Assembly (NCBI GenBank): GCA_040386535.1
Contig: JAZKFH010000011.1
Coordinates: 32,001 to 96,000, forward strand
Direction of reading: 5' to 3'
DNA: 64,000 nt
Origin: Myxococcota bacterium
Lineage (GTDB): Bacteria > Myxococcota_A > UBA796 > SXON01
Shown here: positions 47,605-57,155 of the stretch, piece by piece
Numbering within the stretch: the first letter of the stretch is position 1
How the letters are laid out: the number at the start of each line of letters is the position of its first letter
Translations under genes and position numbers: made by a program
Notes under the pieces: model-generated
Database searches by the model: none
What the model saw: only the letters and a program-made list of their open reading frames with translations
What the model was told of the DNA's origin: nothing

Positions 47605-49587
47605 CTAGGAAGGGGGGACGACTGCGGAAACGCCGGTGGCGGCGACGGTGTCGATGGGGTCGAGGTCGTTGACGCGCAGGCGGGGCTCGAGCACGAGCGC
47701 GGGCGAGGTCTCCGGGAGGCGCTCGTCGAGCCAGGCGCTGACGCGGTAGTCGATCGACACGCGGAACAGGTGGTTCAGCAGGTCGTCCTTGCGCGAGAGC
47801 CGGAGCTGCTGGAAGAAGAACTCCTCGCCGTGCACCAGCGTGGAGCGCTTGGACCAGGCCTCCGGCACGGGCCGGTCGAGCTCTACGACGGAGCCGACGA
47901 CGGAGCGGATGCGGGCGTCGAAGCGCCGGCCGCTGGGGATCGCGCCGTCCCGCGTGTCGGCGAGGTGGACGCTGTCGCCCGGCTGCAGCCGCGAGGCGCC
48001 CCAGACGAGCCGCCGGTTGTCGGCGCTCGGCGCGGCCATGGGGGTGCCGGCGACGTGGAGGTGCCAGACCGTGACGCCGACGCCGCCCGCGCCGCCGAGG
48101 GCGAGCGCGAGGTCGAAGGTGCCCGCGGGGGCCGCCCGCACCGCGCCCGGCGGGCCGATCGGGGAGGTGAGCGTGTGAGCCACGTCGCTCAAGAGCTCCA
48201 CCGCGAGGGAGCAGGCGCCGCTCGCGGGGTTGAGCCGCAGGTGCACCAGCAGCGGGGTGGCGCGGGCCTGCTGCTCGGCGGTGCCCGCCGGCGCGGTGGC
48301 GGGCGGGGTGTAGGTGACCCGGCGGTCGAAGACGCGCTGGGCGCCGCCCACGAAGCGCACCGTGGCGGTGACGGTGACCGTGTCCGATCCCAGCGTGACG
48401 CGGAGGGTCGCGGCGTCGCCGATGGTGAGCAGGTCGAACGCGCCGGCGGGCGCGCCCGGCGCGAACGAGAACCCGACGGTGGCCGCGAGGCCCGCCTCGA
48501 AGGGGTTCGCCGCGATCCGCGCGTCCTCGTAGAGCGGCGGGAGCCACGTGCGGAGGCGCGCCACGCTCCCGGCCGCGAGCACGAGCCCGGTGGTGTCGGC
48601 CGCGCCGCCCGCCCAGCTCTCGCCCGCCACGCGGTCGACCGGGCCGTCCCCCGCTTCGAGGTGCGCGAGGCTCCACGGCGAGGACGGCAGGCCCTCTTCG
48701 AGCAGGGTGAGCGTGGTGGCGCCCGCCGCGACGTCCGCGCCGAGCAGGCCGGGCCGCACGGCCAGCGCGCCGCGGGTGGGGACGCTCAGGAACAACACGT
48801 CGACCAGCTCGCCGAGCTCGGGTTGGGAGCCCGCCCAGAGCTCGATCCGCGCGTCCACGTTGACGGCGCGGGTGGGCGGGCGGCGCTGCCGGGTGAGCCG
48901 CGTCGGCAGCGCCACCCCGTCCGACAGGCCGAGGGCGGGCGTCGCGGTGACCACCCGCACGGCCGAGGCGAGGGTGGACCGCGTCTCCTCCGTCGGCACG
49001 AGGAACGGATCCGGCGGGGCGACCGGCGGCGCCGCGGGCGCCGGCTCGTAGGTGGGCGCCACCGGCACGCGCACCGGATCGTCCACCGCCCCCGCGCGGC
49101 CCGAGGCCACCACGAGCGTGCGGCCGCGCGGATCCCAGCGGCACGACACCCGCGCCAGCTCGGCGAGCCGCGCCGGGTTCGTGACGGGCCCGCCCTCCGT
49201 CCACGCCGCCGCGCGCAGGGCGGCCTCGATCTCCGCCGCGAGGGCGCGCGCTGACGGATCGGTGGCGAACGATCCGGCCCCGTGCGCGATCGTGGCGGTG
49301 GCCGCGCCGTCCACCTGCACCTCGATCGACCCCGCGGGCACGAGCCCCATGCCGCGCGGCGCCCCCCGCCACATGCCGGGGATCTGGAACACGACGAACC
49401 GCGGGCGCTTGTCGTCCCGCTCGGCGTCCCACGCCACCGCCAGGGGGCCGACGACGGACGCGAACGGCGCCACCGGCGGGCGGTGATCCGGGTCGGCGTA
49501 GCCGTGGCCGACCCCGACCCCGACGCGCGCGTACCGGGCCGAAGCGGCCACGACCCAGAGCAGTGCGTCGACGACTTCGGCGTTCAT
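47605..49587 (-). CDS. Hypothetical protein, possible cap/tail terminator with inserted beta-sandwich
   Basis: 660 aa directly upstream of the sheath gene. VNVDARIELWAGSQPELGELVD and LFRVSIDYRVSAWL recall tail-terminator folds. Confidence 0.6.
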   Translation of the reverse strand: MNAEVVDALLWVVAASARYARVGVGVGHGYADPDHRPPVAPFASVVGPLAVAWDAERDDKRPRFVVFQIPGMWRGAPRGMGLVPAGSIEVQVDGAATATIAHGAGSFATDPSARALAAEIEAALRAAAWTEGGPVTNPARLAELARVSCRWDPRGRTLVVASGRAGAVDDPVRVPVAPTYEPAPAAPPVAPPDPFLVPTEETRSTLASAVRVVTATPALGLSDGVALPTRLTRQRRPPTRAVNVDARIELWAGSQPELGELVDVLFLSVPTRGALAVRPGLLGADVAAGATTLTLLEEGLPSSPWSLAHLEAGDGPVDRVAGESWAGGAADTTGLVLAAGSVARLRTWLPPLYEDARIAANPFEAGLAATVGFSFAPGAPAGAFDLLTIGDAATLRVTLGSDTVTVTATVRFVGGAQRVFDRRVTYTPPATAPAGTAEQQARATPLLVHLRLNPASGACSLAVELLSDVAHTLTSPIGPPGAVRAAPAGTFDLALALGGAGGVGVTVWHLHVAGTPMAAPSADNRRLVWGASRLQPGDSVHLADTRDGAIPSGRRFDARIRSVVGSVVELDRPVPEAWSKRSTLVHGEEFFFQQLRLSRKDDLLNHLFRVSIDYRVSAWLDERLPETSPALVLEPRLRVNDLDPIDTVAATGVSAVVPPS

Positions 49588-51516
49588 CTAACGGGAGATG
49601 CGCTTGAGGCTGGCGGTGTGGGACTTCACCGTCGTCTCCAGGCCGCTCACCGTGGTGGCGAGCTCTCGGAAGCTGGCGGCGGAGGTGCCCTCCCCCACCG
49701 CGGCGGCCGCGGCGGTGTAGGCGTCCCGGAACACGATGTCGGTGTCCACGGCGCCCGCGAGCTGCTCCGCGAGGGCGGCCTGCACACGCGCGGCGTCGAC
49801 CACGATGCCCTGCGCATCTACGAGCTTCACCATCGCCACGGCGGCGTCGAGCACGGTGGTGGCGGACACCGCCGCGGCGAGGCGCGCCGCGGTCGCGTCG
49901 ACCAGGCGGGCGCGATCGGCGGCGGTCAGGCTCGCGTCGACCCGCACCACCGCCGCGTCCACCACGGCGGCGCGGTCCACCCGCGCGGCGGCGTCGGCCG
50001 CGGCGGCGGCGATCAGCTCGGCCTGGGGCACCTCCGCGCCGCGCGCCGCGGCGCGCTCGACCGCCGCCTTGGTGACGCGGGCGAGATCCAGCGCGTCGAC
50101 CGCCGCCGCCACCGCGCTGCTCTCCAGCGGCGCCGCGGCGATGTTGGCGGCCCCCCAGGTCCGCGCGTCGCGCGCCGCCGCGGCCGCGATCCCCGACACG
50201 TCGAGCCGCCCCAGCGCCGCGTCGACCGCCGCCCGTTCGAGCTCCGCGGGGTCGAGCGCCGCCGCCGCCTTGTCCGCGGCGCCGCGGGCCGCCGCTTCCA
50301 CACGCTCGCGCACGTTCGCGACGGTCCACGGGGCGAGGAGCGGCGCCAGCACGTCGGCCGCGACCGCCTGCGTGTCCACCGACGCGGCCGCGGCGGTGAT
50401 CTGGGCGCGAAGGTCCGCTTCGATCCGGGACTTGTCGACGCGGGCGCCCGCGGCGGCCAGCGCGGCGTCCACCACCGCCGCGGCGTCGACCGTGGACACC
50501 GCCTCGCGCGCGGCGGCCTCGACGTGGGCGCGCACCGCGTCGACCTCGAAGCGGCCGTACACCGGGCCGAGCAGCTCGGACTCGAGCTTCGGCAGGTCGA
50601 GCGCGGTGATCGCCTTGTCGGCGGCGCTGCTCACGCGGTCCCGAATCGCCTCGCGCGTGAACCGGTCCAACACGCCCGCGAGCGCGGTGCGCTCCAGGCC
50701 CGCCACGTCCACCGACGCCACCGCCACTGCGGCGCGCTCCCGCACCAGCTCGGTCAGCTTCTCCACGTCGAACCGCGCGAGCAGCCGGGCCAGGGCGCGA
50801 TCCCGGATGCCGTCGGCATCGACCCCGGCGACCGCCGCGGCCACCGCGTCGCGCACCTTCTCCTGGATCGCCGCCACGTCCGTGTCGGCCACGAGCCGCT
50901 CCGCCGCGGCCGCCGCGATGGCATCGGCGTCCACCCGCTCTGCGAGGGTGGCGGCGAGCCGCTGCGTGATGCGCTCCAGCAGCGTGCCCGTGTCCGCGCG
51001 CTCGGCGGTGGAGGCCAGCAGGCCGGCGCGTGTCAGCGCGTCATCCAGCGTGTCCAGCGTGACGACGTTCGCGACGCGCCCGGCGAGGCGGTTGAGCTCC
51101 TCCGTGAGGCGCGCGTCCACCCCGGCCAGCTGCGCGGTCAGCGGCCCCAGGTCGACCGGCGCCACCGGGGGCGGCGCCCCGCCGGCTGCGAGGGTGGTCA
51201 ACGCGGCGTCGAGCCGGTTCAGGCGCTCCTCGAGCGCCGCGGCGCGCTCCCCGAGCGTACGCTCGGCGTCCACGCTCGCCAGGAGCTTTCCCTCTAGCTC
51301 GGCGATGCGCGTATCGGCCGCATCGAGACGCGCTCGGAGGGCCTCCGTACCGTCGTCATGCGGTGGAGCGATCGGAGGCGGTACGTCGGGAACACACAGC
51401 GCGCCGACCACGCCGACAAGCACGTTCCAATCGCCCAGACCGGGGGGACGAGACCAATCCGTCCGCACGAGCGGATCGAGCCTCGAACGCAGGGCGGCGG
51501 TCTCGATCTCCGTCAT
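49588..51516 (-). CDS. Ala-rich helical repeat protein (first gene of eCIS operon)
   Basis: Start MTEIETAAL at ATG 51516. Coiled-coil termini and alternating 17/20-aa helical units. Confidence 0.75.
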   Translation of the reverse strand: MTEIETAALRSRLDPLVRTDWSRPPGLGDWNVLVGVVGALCVPDVPPPIAPPHDDGTEALRARLDAADTRIAELEGKLLASVDAERTLGERAAALEERLNRLDAALTTLAAGGAPPPVAPVDLGPLTAQLAGVDARLTEELNRLAGRVANVVTLDTLDDALTRAGLLASTAERADTGTLLERITQRLAATLAERVDADAIAAAAAERLVADTDVAAIQEKVRDAVAAAVAGVDADGIRDRALARLLARFDVEKLTELVRERAAVAVASVDVAGLERTALAGVLDRFTREAIRDRVSSAADKAITALDLPKLESELLGPVYGRFEVDAVRAHVEAAAREAVSTVDAAAVVDAALAAAGARVDKSRIEADLRAQITAAAASVDTQAVAADVLAPLLAPWTVANVRERVEAAARGAADKAAAALDPAELERAAVDAALGRLDVSGIAAAAARDARTWGAANIAAAPLESSAVAAAVDALDLARVTKAAVERAAARGAEVPQAELIAAAAADAAARVDRAAVVDAAVVRVDASLTAADRARLVDATAARLAAAVSATTVLDAAVAMVKLVDAQGIVVDAARVQAALAEQLAGAVDTDIVFRDAYTAAAAAVGEGTSAASFRELATTVSGLETTVKSHTASLKRISR

Positions 51517-51835
51517 GACCGCGAGTGTATCGAAACGCGCCCGAAACGTCACCGTTCGTAGACGTAAGTTCCGCGAGAACGTCGTGCGGGCGGCGGCTCC
51601 CGGGCGGGTGCGGCGGCGAGGAGTGCGATGGCGTCGACGTCGCAGCGGGCCGGCACCGGCGCGCCCGGCCGGCGCGATCGGGGCGTCGGGAGGGCGAGGT
51701 GTTGCGCGGCCGTCGGCGCGGGGGGTTCGGGGGGGGGCTTCGCCGCGAGCCGGCGGTGGTGACCGCGGGCTCTCGAGCCCCCCGCCGACGCCCCAATCGC
51801 GGCGTTCGGCGGGGGGCCTGACCGCGGGGTCAACG

Positions 51836-52040
51836 GTCATGTCCCCCTGAATGCACGCGGCACGGAGTCATGCCGGGTTGAATGCTCGGATCCAGGTCGC
51901 GACCGCCCACGGGATGCCGAAAAACGCCCGTTGTTCCGTGGAGGCAGCCGTAGGGCAGCCCTGAATTGGGGGCATGACGCTGATTCAGCGGCGTTCAGGG
52001 CGGCATGAGTCCGGAATAGCGGCGTTGAGGGGGGCATGAC
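51836..52040. promoter_or_regulatory. Array of a 19-bp motif (S)TCATG-N6-T(S)AAYGC at 31-bp spacing
   Basis: Forward copies at 51836 and 51867. Reverse copies end at 52009 and 52040, and a partial reverse copy ends at 51978. Confidence 0.65.
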
Positions 52041-52470
52041 CCCGGATCTCCCCGCGCTCGTGCTCGCGGGCGGAGGGAAGCGGTTCAACGTCGCGATGGC
52101 GGCGCGAGCCGGACGGGCCTGACGGACGGAAGCGAATCACACACGTCGGACCCGACAGAACGGGCGTCACGACCCGCACCGAGGCCCGTTGTGTCGGGTC
52201 GGACCCCGCCTCGCGGGAGCGGGCGGCGCGCCTGCTTCTCTCGGGCCCATCACCACGGCTCCCGCGCCAAGGGCGCGGAGGGCAGCCGCCCCGGGCGGCT
52301 GGTCCGGCCGGGCGGGCGCGCGGGCCGATCGCCACCACGACGCAGCCTCGCCCGGACGACCAAGCGGCTCCGCCGCGCGCCCGCAGCCGACCTGGCCCGC
52401 GTCCGCGCGGGGGCGCCCTGCGGGGCCGGCTACCCGCCTCCGGTCGGCCATCCCCACGGATCCTCGCGCA

Positions 52471-52710
52471 TCAGCCGGCCCCCAGGGGGAGCACCGCGCC
52501 GAGACCTCCCACCCACGGGGGGCTCCAGCGTACGGCGCCGGTCCGCGTGTCGAGCGCGTGCAGCATGTCCCTGCCGCCGACGAGCAGCAGGGCTCCGACC
52601 ATCGCCCCCCGGCCCACCGCGGCCCCGTTGAACGTGGCGACATCGGTGCCCCCGCCGTCGGGCGCCGGGACCCGCCAGCGGCGCGTGCCCCTGGCGTCCA
52701 CCGCCTCGAT
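52471..52710 (-). pseudogene. PQQ-type beta-propeller remnant
   Basis: IEAVDARGTRRWRV and LHALDTRTGAVRWS motifs, no credible start, early stop. Confidence 0.4.
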
Positions 52711-52868
52711 CCACGGCGGCCGTCTCCGCGCGGGGGCTCGCGTGGCCGCCCCCGCCGCCCACGCGTGCGTCGAGCGCTGTCTCGAGGGCGTGGGGTTGCT
52801 ACGAATCGTGTCTTCCGCCCCCCCACCGCCTCCCCCCAACTGGCACGCCCCTTGCAACAACATCCGAC

Positions 52869-53615
52869 ATGCTCCTCCTCCTCGTCTCCGTGGCCGCCGC
52901 CTTCGATCCCGCGATCCCCCGCGCCGCCCGCTTCGCCGCCACGGACCCCGCGGCCGAGCCGGCCGCCGCGTTCGCCGACCACCTGCTCGCGCCCCTCGGG
53001 ACCGTCGTCCGTACCCAAATCGACGGCGGCGAGCTGTACGCGGATCGGATCGAGCGGCGCGTCCGCTTCGCCGGTGTGCAGCCAATTCTCGGTGTCCCCT
53101 GCGCGGGCGGGGCGTACGCGCTCGAGGTCGGCCCCGGGATCGATTCAGTCACGCGGCGCGGCGGCTCGACCTCGGCCTGGGGATGCCCGCTCGCGCCCGA
53201 CGCCGCGGCCGCGTGGGGCCTCCCCGTCGGCACCATCGTCGAGCTCCGCGTCGGCGACACCACGCTCGACCGCATCGTGCTCCCCCCGGAGGCGACGCTC
53301 GTCGTTGACGCACAGCGCATCGGCGCGCTGCCGTGCCGCGGCGAGATCGACCTCTTCGGCGCGGTCCTCGGCCGGTGCGAGCTGGCGTCCGCGCGACGCC
53401 TGAACGCGGTCGACCTCCCCGCGGGCGCCATCCTGACGTTCCTGCCGGAGGGGCGCCTTCACGACGCGACCATCCCCGGGCGCACGGTCGTCGCGGCCGG
53501 CCGCACCTGGGGCCCCGAGTACACACCGTGCGGCGCGCTCTACCTCCGCTTCGACGAGGCGGGCCAGATGGTGCCACCCCAGGCCGACCCGTACGGCGAG
53601 ACGTGTTGCATCTGA
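52869..53615 (+). CDS. Secreted hypothetical protein
   Basis: MLLLLVSVAAA signal peptide, Cys-containing beta-rich body, GC3-biased codons. Confidence 0.7.
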   Translation: MLLLLVSVAAAFDPAIPRAARFAATDPAAEPAAAFADHLLAPLGTVVRTQIDGGELYADRIERRVRFAGVQPILGVPCAGGAYALEVGPGIDSVTRRGGSTSAWGCPLAPDAAAAWGLPVGTIVELRVGDTTLDRIVLPPEATLVVDAQRIGALPCRGEIDLFGAVLGRCELASARRLNAVDLPAGAILTFLPEGRLHDATIPGRTVVAAGRTWGPEYTPCGALYLRFDEAGQMVPPQADPYGETCCI

Positions 53616-53825
53616 CAAATCTGCCAACAAATCGGAGTCCGCGCCGACGCGACACAGGAGTGGGGGCGCGCCCCGCCGCGGACGGCGGGTCGGGTGTCCT
53701 CCGGGGTCGCGGCAAAGCCGCTCCGTCACCCGCCTGCGCGGCGGCCGACCGGGGCGGGCCGCTACGATCGGGCCGGCTTCGGCCTCGGCGCGCCCGCCCC
53801 GCCCTCCGGCCCCCCTCGCGCGGTG

Positions 53826-54000
53826 TCACCTCCCACCCGGCGAGCGTGCGCGCGACCGCGAAGTGGATGTAGGCGTCATCGAGGGGCAGGACGACCGCGC
53901 CGCCGATGGTGCGGTGTGTCGCCTCGAAGAGCGCGGCCATCCCCAGCGCGGTGAGGGCGAGCGCCGTGCCGGGGGCGCGCCAGGGGGCGGAGGCGGACAC
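53826..54000 (-). pseudogene. Truncated GT-C-type glycosyltransferase N-terminus
   Basis: TM helix followed by PLDDAYIHFAVARTLA, after which the protein-like sequence stops. Confidence 0.5.
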
Positions 54001-54060
54001 GACGCGCGTGTACCGCGCTCGCCCCGGCGGCACGGCGGGCGGCGCGGCCCTCGGCGGCCC

Positions 54061-54399
54061 TCAGCGACAGTCGGCGCTGAACTCGCGGATGTCCACCGTG
54101 ACGAGCGTGCCGCCGGGGTGCGACGCAAACATCTCCGCGACGAACCGTTCGGCGCTGGTGCTGCGGGCCGTGGCCGGCGCGTCGGCGCGCACCTCGAAGC
54201 CGCCCTCGCGGGCGTTCGGGTAGACGTATGTGTCATACAGGTACCAATACTCGAGCGCGCGGCAGGCGCCGGGATTCAGATCGGCGAAGATGGCGCCGAC
54301 TTCCTGGTAGTTCTGCGTGATCTTCACGCGGACCTCCGGGTTGATCTCGGCGGCGGCGGGAGGGGTGGCAGAGAGCGCGAGCGCGAGGAACAGGGACAT
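54061..54399 (-). CDS. Small secreted protein (paralogue A)
   Basis: Signal peptide, EYWYLY motif, GGAG RBS. Confidence 0.75.
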   Translation of the reverse strand: MSLFLALALSATPPAAAEINPEVRVKITQNYQEVGAIFADLNPGACRALEYWYLYDTYVYPNAREGGFEVRADAPATARSTSAERFVAEMFASHPGGTLVTVDIREFSADCR

Positions 54400-54491
54400 G
54401 GGGCTCCGTTGGTGGACGGCGAGGGGTGGGCGATCAGATGGCAGATTTGGTAGCGGCGGCCGGATGTGTCAGCGGGCGACTTCCGGATGTC

Positions 54492-54857
54492 TCAGCGGGT
54501 GGTCTGGCGGGAGTCGAACTCGCGGGTCTCGGTCGACCACGACTCCATCAGGCGGCCCTTCGGGTGGGCCGCCCAGGCGGCGCGCATCCACACGTCGAGG
54601 TCACGCTCGGCGTCGGCCGCGGGCCGGAGCGCGAAGCTCGCGTCGGTGCGCACGTCCACGAACGCGAAGCCCTCGTAGAGGAACCAGTATTCGACGTAGT
54701 GGGCGGGGTCCTGGCCCGCGGGCACGAACACCTCGCCGGCCTCGCGGCCGCCTTGGTACAGGACGAAGTCACCCGGGTCGATCTGGGCGGCGGCAGGAGC
54801 GGACTGAAGCCCCGCGAGGGCGAGGACGGCGGTGAGGAAGAGACGGGAACGGGTCAT
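54492..54857 (-). CDS. Small secreted protein (paralogue B)
   Basis: Signal peptide ending AAA-Q, EYWFLY motif, GAGG RBS. Confidence 0.75.
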   Translation of the reverse strand: MTRSRLFLTAVLALAGLQSAPAAAQIDPGDFVLYQGGREAGEVFVPAGQDPAHYVEYWFLYEGFAFVDVRTDASFALRPAADAERDLDVWMRAAWAAHPKGRLMESWSTETREFDSRQTTR

Positions 54858-55046
54858 GAACACCTCTGTCCTGGAGCAGTGCAGGACCCGTGCCAGGGGT
54901 GACCGTGCCCCGGGGCACGGGGGGAGGCCGATCTTTCGCGCGCTACCGGTGGCGGAGGGCGCGCGGGAGGTGCGCGCTCATTGCGCGCGCGTGAATACCC
55001 CCCGCCTCCCGACGTACCACCGCCCCCCCAACCCCAAGGGATCCCC

Positions 55047-56057
55047 ATGCCGTACACCCTCCTCCTCCTCCTCGCCGCCTGCACGGGCGCCCCGACCGAC
55101 ACCGACAAGGACGCCGACACCGCTGGCGACACCGACACCGCCACCCCGGTCGACGCCGATGCCGACGGCTCCCCGGTCGAGGAGGACTGCGACGATGCCG
55201 ATGCGACCGTGAATCCCAGCGCCCCAGAGGTGCCGTGGGACGACATCGACAATGACTGCGCGGGCGGCGATGACCGGGGTTGGCTCGACGTGTCCGCGGT
55301 CGGCTCCGTGGCGTGCGGGGTGGACCGTGCGGGCGCCGCGCGCTGCTGGGGGGATGTCGACGGGCGCGGGTTGGAGGACATCCCGGCGGGGCCGTTCACC
55401 CAGATCGCGCTCGGCGACGACTTCGCCTGCGCGCTCGACGCGGCCGGGGTGGCTACGTGCTGGGGGGCCGACCCGACGCTCTCCGGCGAGGCCTTCGCGA
55501 ACATCGACGCCGCGGGGGCCCACCTCTGCGGCGCGCGGCTCGACGGGAGCGTGGAGTGTTCGTTCGACGTCTCGCCGGACGGCCCCGTCGTCGCCGGAAC
55601 CTGGTCCTCGGCGGCGGCGGGGATGGCGTACGCCTGCGCCCTGGATGCGAGCGGTGGCCTCGACTGTTGGAACGCCGGAATCGGGGGTGGCAGCGACTTC
55701 GGGCAGGCGGTGGCGCCGGACGGCCAGTATGTCGCCGTCGACGCTGGCCCGTACCATGCGTGCGCCCTCACCACGGCCGGCACCGTGACGTGTTGGGGGC
55801 TCGACAGTGACGGCCGCACGATCTCCCCCGCCGGGGCGTACACCGCGCTCTCCGTCGGCGGCGAGCACGCGTGCGCCGTCGACGCTGCCGGCGCCCTGAC
55901 GTGCTGGGGGTCGAACGGGTACGGGCAATCGGACGCCCCCGCCGGCCCGTTCGCGTCCGTGTCGGCCGGCAACAACCTGTCGTGCGGCCTGCGTGTCGAT
56001 GGGGCGGTGGCATGTTGGGGGGCGAACGGGGATGGGCAGTTGGAAGTGCCGCGGTGA
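55047..56057 (+). CDS. Lipoprotein with DCDD..DNDC metal-binding motif and RCC1-like repeats
   Basis: LLLLLAAC lipobox, DADADG...DCDDADATVNPSAPEVPWDDIDNDC, repeated HACAL...CWG..GQ units. Confidence 0.88.
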   Translation: MPYTLLLLLAACTGAPTDTDKDADTAGDTDTATPVDADADGSPVEEDCDDADATVNPSAPEVPWDDIDNDCAGGDDRGWLDVSAVGSVACGVDRAGAARCWGDVDGRGLEDIPAGPFTQIALGDDFACALDAAGVATCWGADPTLSGEAFANIDAAGAHLCGARLDGSVECSFDVSPDGPVVAGTWSSAAAGMAYACALDASGGLDCWNAGIGGGSDFGQAVAPDGQYVAVDAGPYHACALTTAGTVTCWGLDSDGRTISPAGAYTALSVGGEHACAVDAAGALTCWGSNGYGQSDAPAGPFASVSAGNNLSCGLRVDGAVACWGANGDGQLEVPR

Positions 56058-56087
56058 GGTGGAGCGCTCGCCTCCGCTTCGGGCGGC

Positions 56088-56423
56088 CTACCGGCGTGCG
56101 CCACACCCTCCGGTAACCCTGGCGCCGTCCACCACGAACGGCGGCCGAGCGTCCGCGCGTTTGGTGGCACGGTGTGTACCCGTGACCGTGACCTCCTTCC
56201 CATCGCAGTCCCGGAGGAGGCTCCAGAACGCGAGCAGGTCGGCCTGCTCCTGCCGTGGCATCTCAAGGGACACCACGCTGCCGTCCCCAAACACGAGGGC
56301 CGCGCCGATGTTGACCCGGTCTTCAGCCGGGCTGGCTCCGTACCCCGGTGAGCCGTAGCGCCATCGCCGCTCGAGGGTGCCGGTGAGCACGTACCGGGTC
56401 GTCGCGCCGCCCCCTCCTCCCAC
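56088..56423 (-). CDS. DUF4431-like protein, possibly 5'-truncated
   Basis: LTGTLERRWRYGSPGYGASPAEDR...GKEVTVTG resembles the family from memory. Start is uncertain. Confidence 0.4.
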   Translation of the reverse strand: MGGGGGATTRYVLTGTLERRWRYGSPGYGASPAEDRVNIGAALVFGDGSVVSLEMPRQEQADLLAFWSLLRDCDGKEVTVTGTHRATKRADARPPFVVDGARVTGGCGARR

Positions 56424-56484
56424 CGAGGCGCCCTCCCTGTTCGGGCGCCCGCTCCAGTCGCCCCCCTCGGGTTAGTCGCGTCGC

Positions 56485-57045
56485 ATGTCGCTCCTGCTCA
56501 CCCTCGCCTTCGCGTGCGCCCCGACCACCCCCGCCCCCGTCGAGGTCGCGGCTCCGGCTCCTGATTTTCCCATCACCGCGCTGCCCGCCTGCGAGCTGCT
56601 CCCCGCGGGCACCGACATCGACGTGCGGTCCGGCTGTGCGCTTGGCGTGTGCCCGGACATGACCTACGCCGAGTTCACGGCGATCCTCGGCGAGCCGGAC
56701 GACTGCGACCCCACGTTCAGCGACAAGATCGAGTGTGTGTGGGCCGCCGGGGTGTCCGCCAACTTCACGGACGCCGACGGGGACGAGCTCGTGGAGGACA
56801 CGTCCACGAATTCGTTCGTGTACGTCGAGGATCCGGGGCTCGCGTCGCCGGAGGGGCTCGGCCTCGGCGTGAGCCTGCAATGTTTCTTCGACCAGCTGGG
56901 CCTCGCGGAGGACGTGTCCCTCGACATCGACGAGCTGGAAGGGGACACGTACTTCGTCGAGGGCCTCACCTACGCGTTCGGGCTGTACCTCCACGCCGAG
57001 GCGGACGGACGCTGCGACCACTTCGGGATGACCGGTCCCGACTGA
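56485..57045 (+). CDS. Acidic Cys-rich lipoprotein
   Basis: LLTLAFAC lipobox, 186 aa, GC3-biased codons. Confidence 0.8.
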   Translation: MSLLLTLAFACAPTTPAPVEVAAPAPDFPITALPACELLPAGTDIDVRSGCALGVCPDMTYAEFTAILGEPDDCDPTFSDKIECVWAAGVSANFTDADGDELVEDTSTNSFVYVEDPGLASPEGLGLGVSLQCFFDQLGLAEDVSLDIDELEGDTYFVEGLTYAFGLYLHAEADGRCDHFGMTGPD

Positions 57046-57155
57046 CGACAAGCTGCTCACAGGGCGCGGGCGGCGCCGCCCTGGGCGCCGGCGGCCCCGA
57101 TGCGGCGGAGACCACGGCTGGTTCGTGGTGGGGCCCGATGCCACGCGCGGACGAC

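Larger units (their letters stand above)
6085..51516. other. Extracellular contractile injection system (eCIS; Afp/PVC-like) locus
   Basis: Sheath, two tubes, tube initiator, LysM, hub, gp25, baseplate J x2, gp5 spike, AAA+ ATPase and toxin/immunity are present. No capsid, terminase or T6SS membrane complex. Confidence 0.92.

Noticed and set aside
18415..51516. Prophage or T6SS interpretation of the tail genes
   Set aside because: No capsid, portal, terminase, integrase, TssJLM or ClpV. The Afp15-like ATPase, CIS tube initiator and DUF6519-like fibre point to eCIS.
51540..51572. ECF-sigma promoter (GGAACTT on the minus strand) for the eCIS operon
   Set aside because: The -35 is plausible, but there is no -10 at a convincing spacing. 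Needs TSS data.
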